From Thiotrichaceae bacterium (GTDB lineage Bacteria > Pseudomonadota > Gammaproteobacteria > Eutrophobiales > Eutrophobiaceae): 26,830 nt of DNA. The translations under genes and the position numbers were made by a program. Below, piece after piece: positions 1-8,651 of the stretch. The DNA is taken from the NCBI GenBank assembly GCA_042095435.1, contig JBELBG010000001.1, forward strand, positions 1 to 26,830. Reading direction: 5' to 3'. Under the pieces are notes generated by a model. It did no database searches and was not told the DNA's origin. It saw only the letters and a list, made by a program, of their open reading frames with translations. Position 1 is the first letter of the stretch. Every line of letters starts with the position of its first letter.

Positions 1-1179
1 AGACAAAGAAATTCTTTATGACGATAAAATTGAAAACTTAATCAATTATGTATTTGAAGAAACTGATGAATACTATGACCATATAAAAGATCGCTGTGAA
101 AAGTTAGGCGTAAATAATATTAGGTAACTAAAACGAATTAAAGCGACTGTATATTCATTATTGAAACTCTTGGCTGATAATAAAATGAAACGATAAAAGA
201 TATTATTAGCACAATCGTGCTGATGGTTTGGAGTTACGATAACAAACTAGATTCTGTTCCTGACTTTGAATATGTAAAAAATTATAACTACATATATCAA
301 ACTAGTGCCACTTACAATGACTTAGATACTGTCTTCAATGAAGAAAAAGATGAACCAGAGCAATCTACAAATAGAATAAACTTAGAAAAAGAATGTTCGA
401 GAATTATTGATGATTATATTTATCATACAGAAGACGTTGACCTAGAAATTGCAAAATATATTGAAAATGGGCAGATTGATACTGAAAGACTAGAAGTGCT
501 TCTATCTCAAATAGATGCTAATTATGAGTCGGGTAATGCAAAAAACATATATAGCGAATATTGGAGCAAACAATATTACTCTCATTTCAATGATAACAAA
601 AATGAGTTTATTAATAATTTTTAGAAAATGTTTAACTCAACAGTTAAATACATAAGTTTACAAGAATTACATCATAGCGTTACAACACTTAGGGCGTTAA
701 GCAGTGGTGACCTTGCTGACAAACTAATTGAAGTCTACATTGAAACCCATAATGCAGAGAAAGAAAGGTTTAACTTGGATGATTATCATTGGAAAGCTGA
801 TATAACAGATAAGAAGTTATTAGAAAGATTCTACCAAGTTTACAATGAAACTACTGAATCATTAAAGTTAAAGACAGTCGTTGAAAATATGACGAACACA
901 AAACTAGTTGGAACAAAGAAGAGGAAGAAGTTTTATCGCAAGCTTCTGCAGAGGATTTTTATGAATATTTCAAAAGTATAAATGATGAAAGACTTTATGA
1001 TTTAATAAAAACTTGTTTAAAATTTTATAGCATAGGAAATACAAAAAGAAATCTCCTATAATGCTCGTAAGGCTTTAAAAAGGCTTTCTGAAGAAAGCTT
1101 AATAAATAAAGCTAGACTCCAAAAGATGCTTAATTATTATCCACCAAAAGAATCTTCAGACGAAACCGAGACCTCTTAA
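1..1179 (+). pseudogene. 3' half of a disrupted KAP-family P-loop NTPase gene (5' part outside window); includes track ORFs 217..624 and 628..981
   Basis: Reconstructed by hand as one reading path: frame from nt 2 (DKEILYDDKIENLINYVFEETDEYYDHIKDRCEKLGVNNIR), in-frame TAA 125-127, LKRIKATVYSLLKLLADNK, -1 shift in A-run 182-185 into ETIKDIISTIVLMVWSY, in-frame TAG 622-624, continuing into ORF 628, -1 shift in A-run 900-903 (TSWNKEEEEVLSQASAEDFYEYFKSINDERLYDLIKTCLKF), +1 shift in A-run 1043-1047 (EISYNARKALKRLSEESLINKARLQKML), TAA 1177-1179. The N-I-R-x-L-K-R segment and the AL..LSEES.IN.AR tail resemble KAP NTPase C-terminal regions as I recall them; the Walker motifs are not visible. Confidence 0.65.
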
Positions 1180-1228
1180 AACATTATAAAAACAAGAAAC
1201 ACTAAATAAAAACTTCATCCCTGTAATA

Positions 1229-1255
1229 ATTAAAGGGACAGAGCCCTCCTTTAAT
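1229..1255. terminator. Hairpin between the convergent KAP relic and nnrU
   Basis: 8-bp perfect inverted repeat ATTAAAGG (1229-1236) / CCTTTAAT (1248-1255), 11-nt loop, directly after the nnrU stop; AT-rich stem, so weak. Confidence 0.4.
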
Positions 1256-1815
1256 CACATCAACTTCATTCCAGTAAAGTAGGGATGTAAAAACATAAAC
1301 ACAACATAAACAACCACACCCGCAACAACAGAAATAACATCTTTCTTCACTGGCACAGGTTCCGGTTTTTGCCATGCGCCTTCTCGTTTGTTTATCACTA
1401 TCATTTCCAGTATTGCCCAAATACCTAATGTCGCGAATAGCACTATTGATCTGTCTTCACCATTTGCTAATAGATGACCAAGACTCCAGATTACTAGTCC
1501 GGTTAGTTGTGGGTGTCTTAAAACACGTTTGATATTTGTTTTACTTTTTGCTGCAGAAAACAGAATGAATGTAATTAGTGCTAACAGGAAGTTTACGTGT
1601 TTTGTCCATGCTTCCGGATAGTAGATGTATTGTGGTTCGATACCGCGCCAGCCGAGCACGATCAAGACAACAGAGGCAATAATCGTTAAGGCAAACATGT
1701 CTTTGTATGGCTTGAGGCCAATCTTTTCGATTATGCTTGCGCGCAGGTTTTTACAAATACCGGGGAACAGATGAATTACAACCCACAGTGTTAATCCAGT
1801 GATTAATAGCTGCAT
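1255..1815 (-). CDS. NnrU family membrane protein
   Basis: 186 aa, several hydrophobic helices, N-terminal GL.LW...H, central RHPQLTGLVIWSLGHLLANG motif typical of NnrU. Confidence 0.85.
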   Translation of the reverse strand: MQLLITGLTLWVVIHLFPGICKNLRASIIEKIGLKPYKDMFALTIIASVVLIVLGWRGIEPQYIYYPEAWTKHVNFLLALITFILFSAAKSKTNIKRVLRHPQLTGLVIWSLGHLLANGEDRSIVLFATLGIWAILEMIVINKREGAWQKPEPVPVKKDVISVVAGVVVYVVFMFLHPYFTGMKLM

Positions 1816-1954
1816 AGACTTTCCTCCGCTATATGGATATTAAATCATCTCAATTTTATTACATATTGCCAATGACAATTTATATTTTCATGATTGTTTA
1901 ATTCAGCTGAGATAAAATGAGGCGTATATCTTCTATGTAAACCTGCATTAAATT

Positions 1955-2494
1955 ATGACCTATGATGATATTTTAAATTTCTGGTTTAAAGAAACCGACG
2001 AAAGCGCCTGGTGGGAAAAAGATGACGCTTTTGACCAACTGATTATTGATCGCTTTTCTTATATTCATCAGAAAGCCGCACAAGGTGAATTATTTGAATT
2101 GCGATTAACAGCAAAAGGTTCTTTGGCGGAAGTGATTATTCTGGATCAATTTTCCAGAAATATCTTTCGCGATACCGCACGGGCTTTTGCTTATGACGGT
2201 ATGGCATTAATTCTGTCACAAGAAGCGATTACGGCTGAGTTCGATCGTGAACTTTCACCTATTGAAAATAGTTTTCTATTCATGCCGTTTATGCACAGTG
2301 AGTCAACAACAATGCATGAACTAGCTGTCGCGCTTTATAGCAAGAACGGCATTCAAAGCAATCTTGATTTTGAATTAAGACACAAGGCGATTATTGATCG
2401 CTTTGGCCGATATCCGCACCGAAATGACATGCTTGGCAGAGACTCAACCGCTGAAGAAATTACCTTTCTAAATGAACCTGATTCGTCTTTTTAA
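1955..2494 (+). CDS. DUF924 family protein
   Basis: 179 aa; ILNFWF, WWEKDDAFDQLI..RF, IILDQFSRNIFR, FLFMPFMHSE, IIDRFGRYPHRN..LGR.ST.EE..FL. Confidence 0.92.
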   Translation: MTYDDILNFWFKETDESAWWEKDDAFDQLIIDRFSYIHQKAAQGELFELRLTAKGSLAEVIILDQFSRNIFRDTARAFAYDGMALILSQEAITAEFDRELSPIENSFLFMPFMHSESTTMHELAVALYSKNGIQSNLDFELRHKAIIDRFGRYPHRNDMLGRDSTAEEITFLNEPDSSF

Positions 2495-2613
2495 TTTATA
2501 ATGGGCGGAGGTTTTGCTTTCAATAGAACCAAGCTTCATATTAATGCTCTATTGAGACACTTGTAACATTTTAGTAGTTATTACACATATACAACCATGA
2601 TGAGGATAAACTG

Positions 2614-3252
2614 ATGATTAAGCTTTATGGATTTAAACCTTCGTTTCCGGTAAACCGCGTTAGGCTGTGTCTGAACGCGATGGGGGTCGAATATGAACAC
2701 ATCCCCGTTAACCCACTAGCTGGCGAAACCCAAACGGAAGAATATTTAAAAATGTCTCCTTCTGGCAAAGTTCCCGCGCTAGATGATGATGGATTTACTG
2801 TTTTTGAGAGTAATACCATTATGAGATATCTTTGCCGAAAATATAAGTCAGACTTTTATCCAGATGATATTGCTGCTCAAGCGAAAGTTGATGAATGGCT
2901 CGATTTCATCGCGATACATTTAAGCAACGGTATTTTGAAAGCTTTATTTAATAAGGTTGTAGCAGGCATGATTGATGTACCGGTTGATGAACAGTCATTA
3001 GCTGATGGTTATAGTTTTATTGAACGTTTTCTTGGCGTTATTGATCAGCAACTGGGCTCATCAACTTATCTTGCCGGCGATTCATTATCGATAGCGGACT
3101 TTTGTTTACTTGCGACAATTGATCCAGCAGAAGTATTAGAAGTTGATATGAATAACTACCCAAACGTCAAAGCCTGGCGCGATAAGTTAATGCAGGAATC
3201 GTTTTATAAGAAAATGCATAACACTTACGCAGAAACGTTTGAGTCTCTATAA
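2614..3252 (+). CDS. Glutathione S-transferase family protein
   Basis: 212 aa; N-terminal KLYG..S..VNRVRL, SPSGKVPALDDDG..VFESNTIMRYL, C-terminal YLAGDSLSIADF and YPNVKAW. Confidence 0.93.
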   Translation: MIKLYGFKPSFPVNRVRLCLNAMGVEYEHIPVNPLAGETQTEEYLKMSPSGKVPALDDDGFTVFESNTIMRYLCRKYKSDFYPDDIAAQAKVDEWLDFIAIHLSNGILKALFNKVVAGMIDVPVDEQSLADGYSFIERFLGVIDQQLGSSTYLAGDSLSIADFCLLATIDPAEVLEVDMNNYPNVKAWRDKLMQESFYKKMHNTYAETFESL

Positions 3253-3270
3253 AGCAGAGTTAGGTTAGCG

Positions 3271-3315
3271 TACCGGAGTAATTTTAGATATTACTTTTCA
3301 AGAATTACTCCGGTA
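3271..3315. terminator. Long inverted repeat between convergent GST and SYLF genes; likely bidirectional terminator
   Basis: 13-bp perfect arms TACCGGAGTAATT (3271-3283) / AATTACTCCGGTA (3303-3315), 19-nt spacer, between the two stop codons. Confidence 0.6.
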
Positions 3316-3321
3316 TTCATA

Positions 3322-3876
3322 TTATTTATTTAGCTTGGTTATCTTCGAGCCTTCAAGCGTTAAGTTATACATTAGCCCTTTATTACTAAAGACAAAGCCA
3401 ACAATCGGATCATCATAGTTAATACTATTAATATCTTTCGCAGCACCGAGTTCGATCAGTGCAACCGAACCATCAACACCGGCTTCCCAGCCATCACTTT
3501 TTAGAAATTTATTTAACGCATCTTTTTTAAGAAAAACCATCACTACGGTTTTGTATTGTGCGCCAAGCTGAAAACCGATAGATGCTGCTGCTGTACTGTA
3601 ATAATCTACCGTTTTACCTTTGTTTAATAACGCACCTTCACCATATTCACCACCAATAACAAAACCGGCTTTAACAATATCAGGGAAAACGAGAACGGCT
3701 TCGGCTTTAGCTAAAAACTTATCAGCACCGGGGACTTTTACTTTAAACCGTTTTATCGCCGCTTCGACTTCAATATCTATCTCTACTGAAGAAGCAGCTT
3801 GAGCGGAATTGAGGGAAAAGAAACTAAAAACCAGTAATATCAGGACATTTGTTAGGCTTATACGCAGTTTATTCAT
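3322..3876 (-). CDS. SYLF/YSC84-related lipid-binding domain protein, exported
   Basis: 184 aa; Sec-type signal ending AQA; VLVFPDIVKAGFVIGGEYGEGAL, ASIGFQLGAQ, KGLMYNLTLEGSKITK; RBS GAGGGAG upstream. Confidence 0.88.
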   Translation of the reverse strand: MNKLRISLTNVLILLVFSFFSLNSAQAASSVEIDIEVEAAIKRFKVKVPGADKFLAKAEAVLVFPDIVKAGFVIGGEYGEGALLNKGKTVDYYSTAAASIGFQLGAQYKTVVMVFLKKDALNKFLKSDGWEAGVDGSVALIELGAAKDINSINYDDPIVGFVFSNKGLMYNLTLEGSKITKLNK

Positions 3877-3992
3877 ATCATGTACTCCCTCTTTGAGAAT
3901 GAGCTTTAATCTATACAGGTATTAATATTATATAAAGATTATACGGGCATTAACGAATATTTTATAAAGCTGTGATGCAGCCGAGCTTTTTA

Positions 3993-4613
3993 TTAATCGA
4001 ATAGCGGAACTCTACCAACATAACCCTCCAGACGCCTTAATTCTTCATCAGTATGATCAATGACTTTCATTACATCCATACCCATAAAAGACGAACCGTC
4101 AAAATGTAACATATGGGCATCGTGATAATTGGCTTCAAATTCGTATTTAATACCTTTAGCTCTTAATTCAGTTTTTCCATAACAATTACAATAATAAGTA
4201 TCTTTCGGCATTACATTAAGAAAGCACGCTGTGCCTCTTATTCCGATTGTAGCTGTTGTCATTATGATTTTTCTTTCCCGTCCCTTTTCAAAGACACTTA
4301 ATAGCTTGCCTGTTAACAAGCGCAAAACGTTTATAACGATGGCGTCTTTATCTCCGATTCTCACTGAAGTTTTTTCTTTCAATAAAAAAGCATCTCCATC
4401 AATACTAAAACTAATTAAACCATTTTGACCGGTAGTGACTAAATCACCGGCTTTAATTGTCATGTCTTTTGTTGCCAATTTTTTATTAATAAACACCTTC
4501 CCAGAAAACTCGTGGATATTGGCTGCATGCGCCAGACCAGGTATAAGCAAACCACAACCTAAAGCAGTGCCAGCCTGAATAAATTGTCTGCGGGAAATTT
4601 TTGTTGAATTCAT
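3993..4613 (-). CDS. Tat-exported FecR-domain protein
   Basis: Preferred ATG at 4613 gives MNSTKISRRQFI (twin-arginine motif) and AHA cleavage site; FecR-like GDLVTTG, LRLLTGKLLSVF, TATIGIRGT; the track's upstream start at 4649 is less likely. Confidence 0.75.
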   Translation of the reverse strand: MNSTKISRRQFIQAGTALGCGLLIPGLAHAANIHEFSGKVFINKKLATKDMTIKAGDLVTTGQNGLISFSIDGDAFLLKEKTSVRIGDKDAIVINVLRLLTGKLLSVFEKGRERKIIMTTATIGIRGTACFLNVMPKDTYYCNCYGKTELRAKGIKYEFEANYHDAHMLHFDGSSFMGMDVMKVIDHTDEELRRLEGYVGRVPLFD

Positions 4614-4720
4614 TATGTGCCCTGAGTATATATTTTTTAGGATATTCAAATAAACCTTTGGTTCTATCTGCTATCACCTTATTTTACAGCTTTTTAAGAA
4701 GATGCGTTATTATAAACGCT

Positions 4721-5623
4721 ATGACACTGGACTCCTCCTGGAAAAGCTTGTTCAAGCCTGGCGACGCAACAGAATATTTTAATATTTTTGATCCTTTAGC
4801 TATTCAAATTAAGACAGATAGCTTTAACCTATCTAATGCATGGTGGCTAGCAGAAGTATCTCGATTAATTTACCACCCTAATTTTTTTGACGATAAGAAT
4901 ATACGTTTTGGTGCGCTACGTTTAGAACATCTGGCTTATATTGAAAACAAGCAAACGTCTACCCATGTCGCTTTATTGAAAGCAAGTCAAAACCCCGATT
5001 GTCTTATTATTGTTTTTCGAGGCTCTGATGAAATTGATGATTGGGGAGTTAATGCTCAGATTAAGCAAAGCGACTTTAATAATAAAGGCAAGGTTCATAG
5101 CGGTTTTAAAAAAGCATATTTAAGTATAAGAGAAGAATTATTATCTGAGCTAACAAAGAATTCTTTGCCGCTGTTTATAACAGGGCATAGCCTTGGTGCA
5201 GCGTTAGCTGTATTAGCAACTTCAGAGATATATGAAAATAGTTGTTTTGATTCATGTTATACCTTTGGGTCTCCCAGGATAGGCGATCCAGAATTTATAA
5301 AATCATTAAATACTAATTCTATCTACCGTATTGTAAATAACAGTGATGTCGTCACTACGGTGCCGATCGATTTCGCGACAATAATATATAACCATGCTGG
5401 TTCTGCTTATCTGCTTGATAATAAAGGTGTACTGCATGAAGAAATGAATGAAGATGACGTATACGCTTATCAAAAAAGTCGTCTGCAAGGCTTAAAAGAT
5501 TACGCCCTAGCTAAAGTTTTTAATTATAAATTAAACACTATTAAAGATGATCTGCCTTCTTTTCTGGTAGATCATTCACCGATTAACTATTCTTTAACTA
5601 TAAAACAATTATTAAAGCGATAA
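4721..5623 (+). CDS. Class 3 lipase (alpha/beta hydrolase, Lipase_3)
   Basis: IIVFRGS, VHSGF, nucleophile motif ITGHSLGAALA, YTFGSPRIG, RIVNNSDVVTTVP (Asp), DHSPINY (His). ATG at 4721 preferred because the track's start at 4601 overlaps the divergent gene. No signal peptide seen. Confidence 0.88.
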   Translation: MTLDSSWKSLFKPGDATEYFNIFDPLAIQIKTDSFNLSNAWWLAEVSRLIYHPNFFDDKNIRFGALRLEHLAYIENKQTSTHVALLKASQNPDCLIIVFRGSDEIDDWGVNAQIKQSDFNNKGKVHSGFKKAYLSIREELLSELTKNSLPLFITGHSLGAALAVLATSEIYENSCFDSCYTFGSPRIGDPEFIKSLNTNSIYRIVNNSDVVTTVPIDFATIIYNHAGSAYLLDNKGVLHEEMNEDDVYAYQKSRLQGLKDYALAKVFNYKLNTIKDDLPSFLVDHSPINYSLTIKQLLKR

Positions 5624-5678
5624 ACAGCTTCTATTTTTAACATGAGTGAAGCTCATATCTTATTAAGCAATAAATTAG

Positions 5679-7376
5679 GTGGATATGCAGGATATTAAGG
5701 TTTGGGGCTTTTTGGCCGGATTGGGCATGTTTCTGCTTGGCATGTATATGCTCGAGCAGGGCCTGCGTGGAATCGGTTCGAAGTCAATGCGCACCTTCCT
5801 TCGCAATCAGACAAAATCGCCTATCAGAGGCGTTTTCACCGGCACTGTTGTAACAACATTTCTACAAAGCAGTTCTCTGGTTGGGCTTATCGTATTAGCT
5901 TTTGTAGGCGCCGGGATACTCGAACTTAGAAATGCAATTGGCATAATTATCGGTAGTAACCTTGGTACAACTTTTACAGGCTGGATGGTCACGATAATCG
6001 GGTTCAAGCTCGACCTTATTAGCTATGCACAACCCATGCTCACAGTCGGGGCTTTAGGTACTGTGTTTTTAAAACAGAACAAACACCCTTATTTCTATAG
6101 CAATATGATACTTGGTTTGGGTTTGTTATTACTCGGCCTGACCGAAATGAAAGACAGCTTTGCCTTACTAACTGAAACCGTCGATGTTTCATTTTTTCAT
6201 GGACATAATCTATTTTTCTATTTTATTGCTGGTGCAATATTTACTGCCGTTATTCAATCTAGCTCGGTTGCCATGTTAATTGTTCTTAGCGCCATGCACA
6301 GTGGAATTTTTACTTTACAGGAAGCCGCTCCTATTGTTATCGGCGCAGATCTTGGAACGACCAGCACCGTTTTATTGGGCGCGCTTAAAGGCTCAAAAGA
6401 AAAAAGGCGTGTTGCTTTGTCTCATTTTTTCTTCAATGTATTCACTGATTTAATTGCCTTGTTAATTTTGCCTGTCATTCTTTATTTTATAATCAATATT
6501 TTAAAGATGCAGGATCCTTTGCTTTCAGTCGTTATGTTTCACTCTATTTTTAATGTTATTGGCATTTGCTTGTTCGTTCCTTTTATAGATCACTTCATAC
6601 GTTTTCTGAACTGGGTTTTACCCGATGATAAAACTGAAACAATTGAATCATGTCCTTATGTAAAAAAGGTTTCTGCACAAGTTACCGACGCAGCTATTGA
6701 GGCAGTAAGAAAGGAATTATTCTCAATGGCGCAACAGGCTATAAAACTAAACATTCGTTGTTTCAAGATAAAAAAGAAAAATATTTTCCCTGAAAGCATA
6801 CTAGAGAGCAGTCACAAACATAGTAACTATGACGATGCATATGCTTTCTTGAAAAGGACGGAAGGAGAGATACTGGGCTATACATTTATAGTGCAATCAA
6901 ATAGCGAGGATATAGATGATCAAAGTGAACTCACTCAGCTTAACCATGCTGTTCGAAATGTAAACTATGCTTCGAAATTTATTAAAGACATACGACACAA
7001 CCTGATTAATTTTCGACATTCAGAGTCAACAGTCATAAAAAATCTTTATGATCAATATAAAAAAGAAGTCACTCATATTTATCGAAAACTATTTACATTG
7101 TTTATGAATACTAACCCTGAGCTTGCCCTTGAGAATTATCTCGATCTAAAATCATATATAAGGCAAAGCTACGAAGGCTTTATTCAAAATATATATTCAA
7201 CTTCCGGAGAGGATCGAATAGATGACATGGACACCTCAAGCTTGCTCAATGTAAACAGGGCATTTTATCTTTCTAATGTTGCTTTAATAGAGTCAGCAAG
7301 AGTCTATTTAAATCTTGAGGAAACACCAGATACCATCGAAATAAAGCCTATAATTACAAAGCATGAGAAGCAATAA
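5679..7376 (+). CDS. Na+/phosphate cotransporter family protein (NptA/YjbB-like) with soluble PhoU-like C-terminal domain
   Basis: 565 aa; duplicated QSSS motifs (FLQSSSLVG, IQSSSVAM), GSNLGTT and GADLGTT repeats, helical hydrophilic C-terminus; true start may be ATG 5685 after AGGTGG. Confidence 0.9.
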   Translation: MDMQDIKVWGFLAGLGMFLLGMYMLEQGLRGIGSKSMRTFLRNQTKSPIRGVFTGTVVTTFLQSSSLVGLIVLAFVGAGILELRNAIGIIIGSNLGTTFTGWMVTIIGFKLDLISYAQPMLTVGALGTVFLKQNKHPYFYSNMILGLGLLLLGLTEMKDSFALLTETVDVSFFHGHNLFFYFIAGAIFTAVIQSSSVAMLIVLSAMHSGIFTLQEAAPIVIGADLGTTSTVLLGALKGSKEKRRVALSHFFFNVFTDLIALLILPVILYFIINILKMQDPLLSVVMFHSIFNVIGICLFVPFIDHFIRFLNWVLPDDKTETIESCPYVKKVSAQVTDAAIEAVRKELFSMAQQAIKLNIRCFKIKKKNIFPESILESSHKHSNYDDAYAFLKRTEGEILGYTFIVQSNSEDIDDQSELTQLNHAVRNVNYASKFIKDIRHNLINFRHSESTVIKNLYDQYKKEVTHIYRKLFTLFMNTNPELALENYLDLKSYIRQSYEGFIQNIYSTSGEDRIDDMDTSSLLNVNRAFYLSNVALIESARVYLNLEETPDTIEIKPIITKHEKQ

Positions 7377-8151
7377 AGAATTATTACTTGAAGAATCTGC
7401 AATAAAACGTATTGATTTATTGCGCAAACATCTTGACGATAATAAGTCAGACGAAGAGTATATCCATCGCATTCGTGTTGATATTAAATATTTACGTGCA
7501 TGGTTAAGACTCACAAGAATTAAAAACGACTCGATTAACTGGCAAGAGATGGGCAGAAGTCTCTCCGACCAATCAAAATACCTGGGGCAGGTCCGTGACC
7601 GTCAGGCAATACAAAAAACAATAAACTCTCTGAGTAAAGTTGCAAATTCAAAAAATGAAAAAAGCATACTTAAACAGGTCAAAAATAAAATAGCAGAAAA
7701 ACCGGATCCTGAAATAAATCTTGAATTAGCAAAACAGGAAATTATTCGTTTAATCGATATTTTTGATAAAAATTTTGTTGATGTCGACTCAATTAATTTC
7801 ATTCATGAAAAGTTACAACTTTCTTTTAATAAAGTTAAAAAATTTGGCAATATTGTTTTCTCTAACCGAGAAGCCGAGGAAGAAATACACAAATTCAGAA
7901 AATGGGTTAAACACCTATACTATCAAATAAAATATATAGGCGGGATATTCTCAGCCAAGGACATGAAAGAATTAAACAAACTTGGCAAAGATCTTGGTGA
8001 AGCTCATGATCTTTTTGTACTAAAAGATTTAATACCAGAGCTTGTTGAGAAAGGTGATTTAAATACTTTAGTGAATCTTATAAATAAAGAAATTGATCAA
8101 ATTGTAGTCATATCTAACAAGCGATTTAAAAAACTTAAAAAATTGTCATGA
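7363..8151 (+). CDS. CHAD domain protein (polyphosphate-binding)
   Basis: 262 aa all-helical, basic; IHRIRV.IK.LR, LGQVRD, IHKFRKWVKHLYY, LGEAHD; start overlaps the transporter stop by 14 nt. Confidence 0.85.
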   Translation: MRSNKELLLEESAIKRIDLLRKHLDDNKSDEEYIHRIRVDIKYLRAWLRLTRIKNDSINWQEMGRSLSDQSKYLGQVRDRQAIQKTINSLSKVANSKNEKSILKQVKNKIAEKPDPEINLELAKQEIIRLIDIFDKNFVDVDSINFIHEKLQLSFNKVKKFGNIVFSNREAEEEIHKFRKWVKHLYYQIKYIGGIFSAKDMKELNKLGKDLGEAHDLFVLKDLIPELVEKGDLNTLVNLINKEIDQIVVISNKRFKKLKKLS

Positions 8152-8161
8152 GACAGAATTA

Positions 8162-8651
8162 TTAATTCTTTTTGTTATTCGCAATATCCCAATCGAAAAT
8201 ATATTCTGAGGTTACTTCTTCCTCTCCAGCAATCTGTGGCGCAAAGTATTCGCACTTTATTCGATCAAACAGAAGAACTATTTTCTCTTTAAAAAATCAT
8301 CACTGTTCTCACCTCCAGTCACGATTGATTTAATCAAGACACCTTCCATTCGTAAGTTCAGGCATTTTGGTTTATCACTTTTTTTGTAGATACTGGCGCA
8401 ACTTTTAATTCAGCAAAATCTATTGTTTTACCTTCTGCAAAGAGGGTCATTATTTTTGTACTATCCGTACTGACAAGCTTTGACATGGAAATCTCACGAA
8501 ATGAAGTCATGTCCTTGTCACTGACAACTGAAGAGCTTCTGTTGCTTACCATTCCCCAACCATAGGAAATGACATCTGACCAACCTTTATAACTATAGTT
8601 TTTAGTCCCGCCGGTTACGCCATCCAACTTTAAATACATATCAACTGCCAC
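8162..8651 (-). pseudogene. hcp: Type VI secretion tube protein Hcp, split by two -1 frame changes (pseudogene or recoded gene)
   Basis: GTG at 8651 with AAGGAG 6 nt upstream; MAVDMYLKLDGVTG...GWSDVISYGWG...EISMSKLV; after A7 run (8385-8379) the -1 frame reads SDKPKCLNLRMEGVLIKSIVTGG; after TTTAAAG (8293-8287) the next -1 frame reads EKIVLLFDRIKCEYFAPQ...FDWDIANNKKN-TAA (8162). 490 nt + 2 = 163 aa, normal Hcp length. Confidence 0.85.

Noticed and set aside
217-981. Track ORFs 217..624 and 628..981 as two independent hypothetical proteins
   Set aside because: Same frame, separated only by one TAG and one codon, and continuous with protein-like flanks; better explained as fragments of one broken gene
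1135-1144. DnaA-box-like TTATCCACC
   Set aside because: Single mismatched copy inside coding-derived sequence; no cluster indicating oriC in this window
5624-5678. Pho box upstream of the Na/Pi transporter
   Set aside because: No CTGTCAT-like 11-bp direct repeats; only a 5-bp inverted repeat ATGAG/CTCAT
8326-8338. TTGAT-TTA-ATCAA FNR-like palindrome
   Set aside because: Spacer is 3 nt rather than 4 and it lies inside hcp coding sequence
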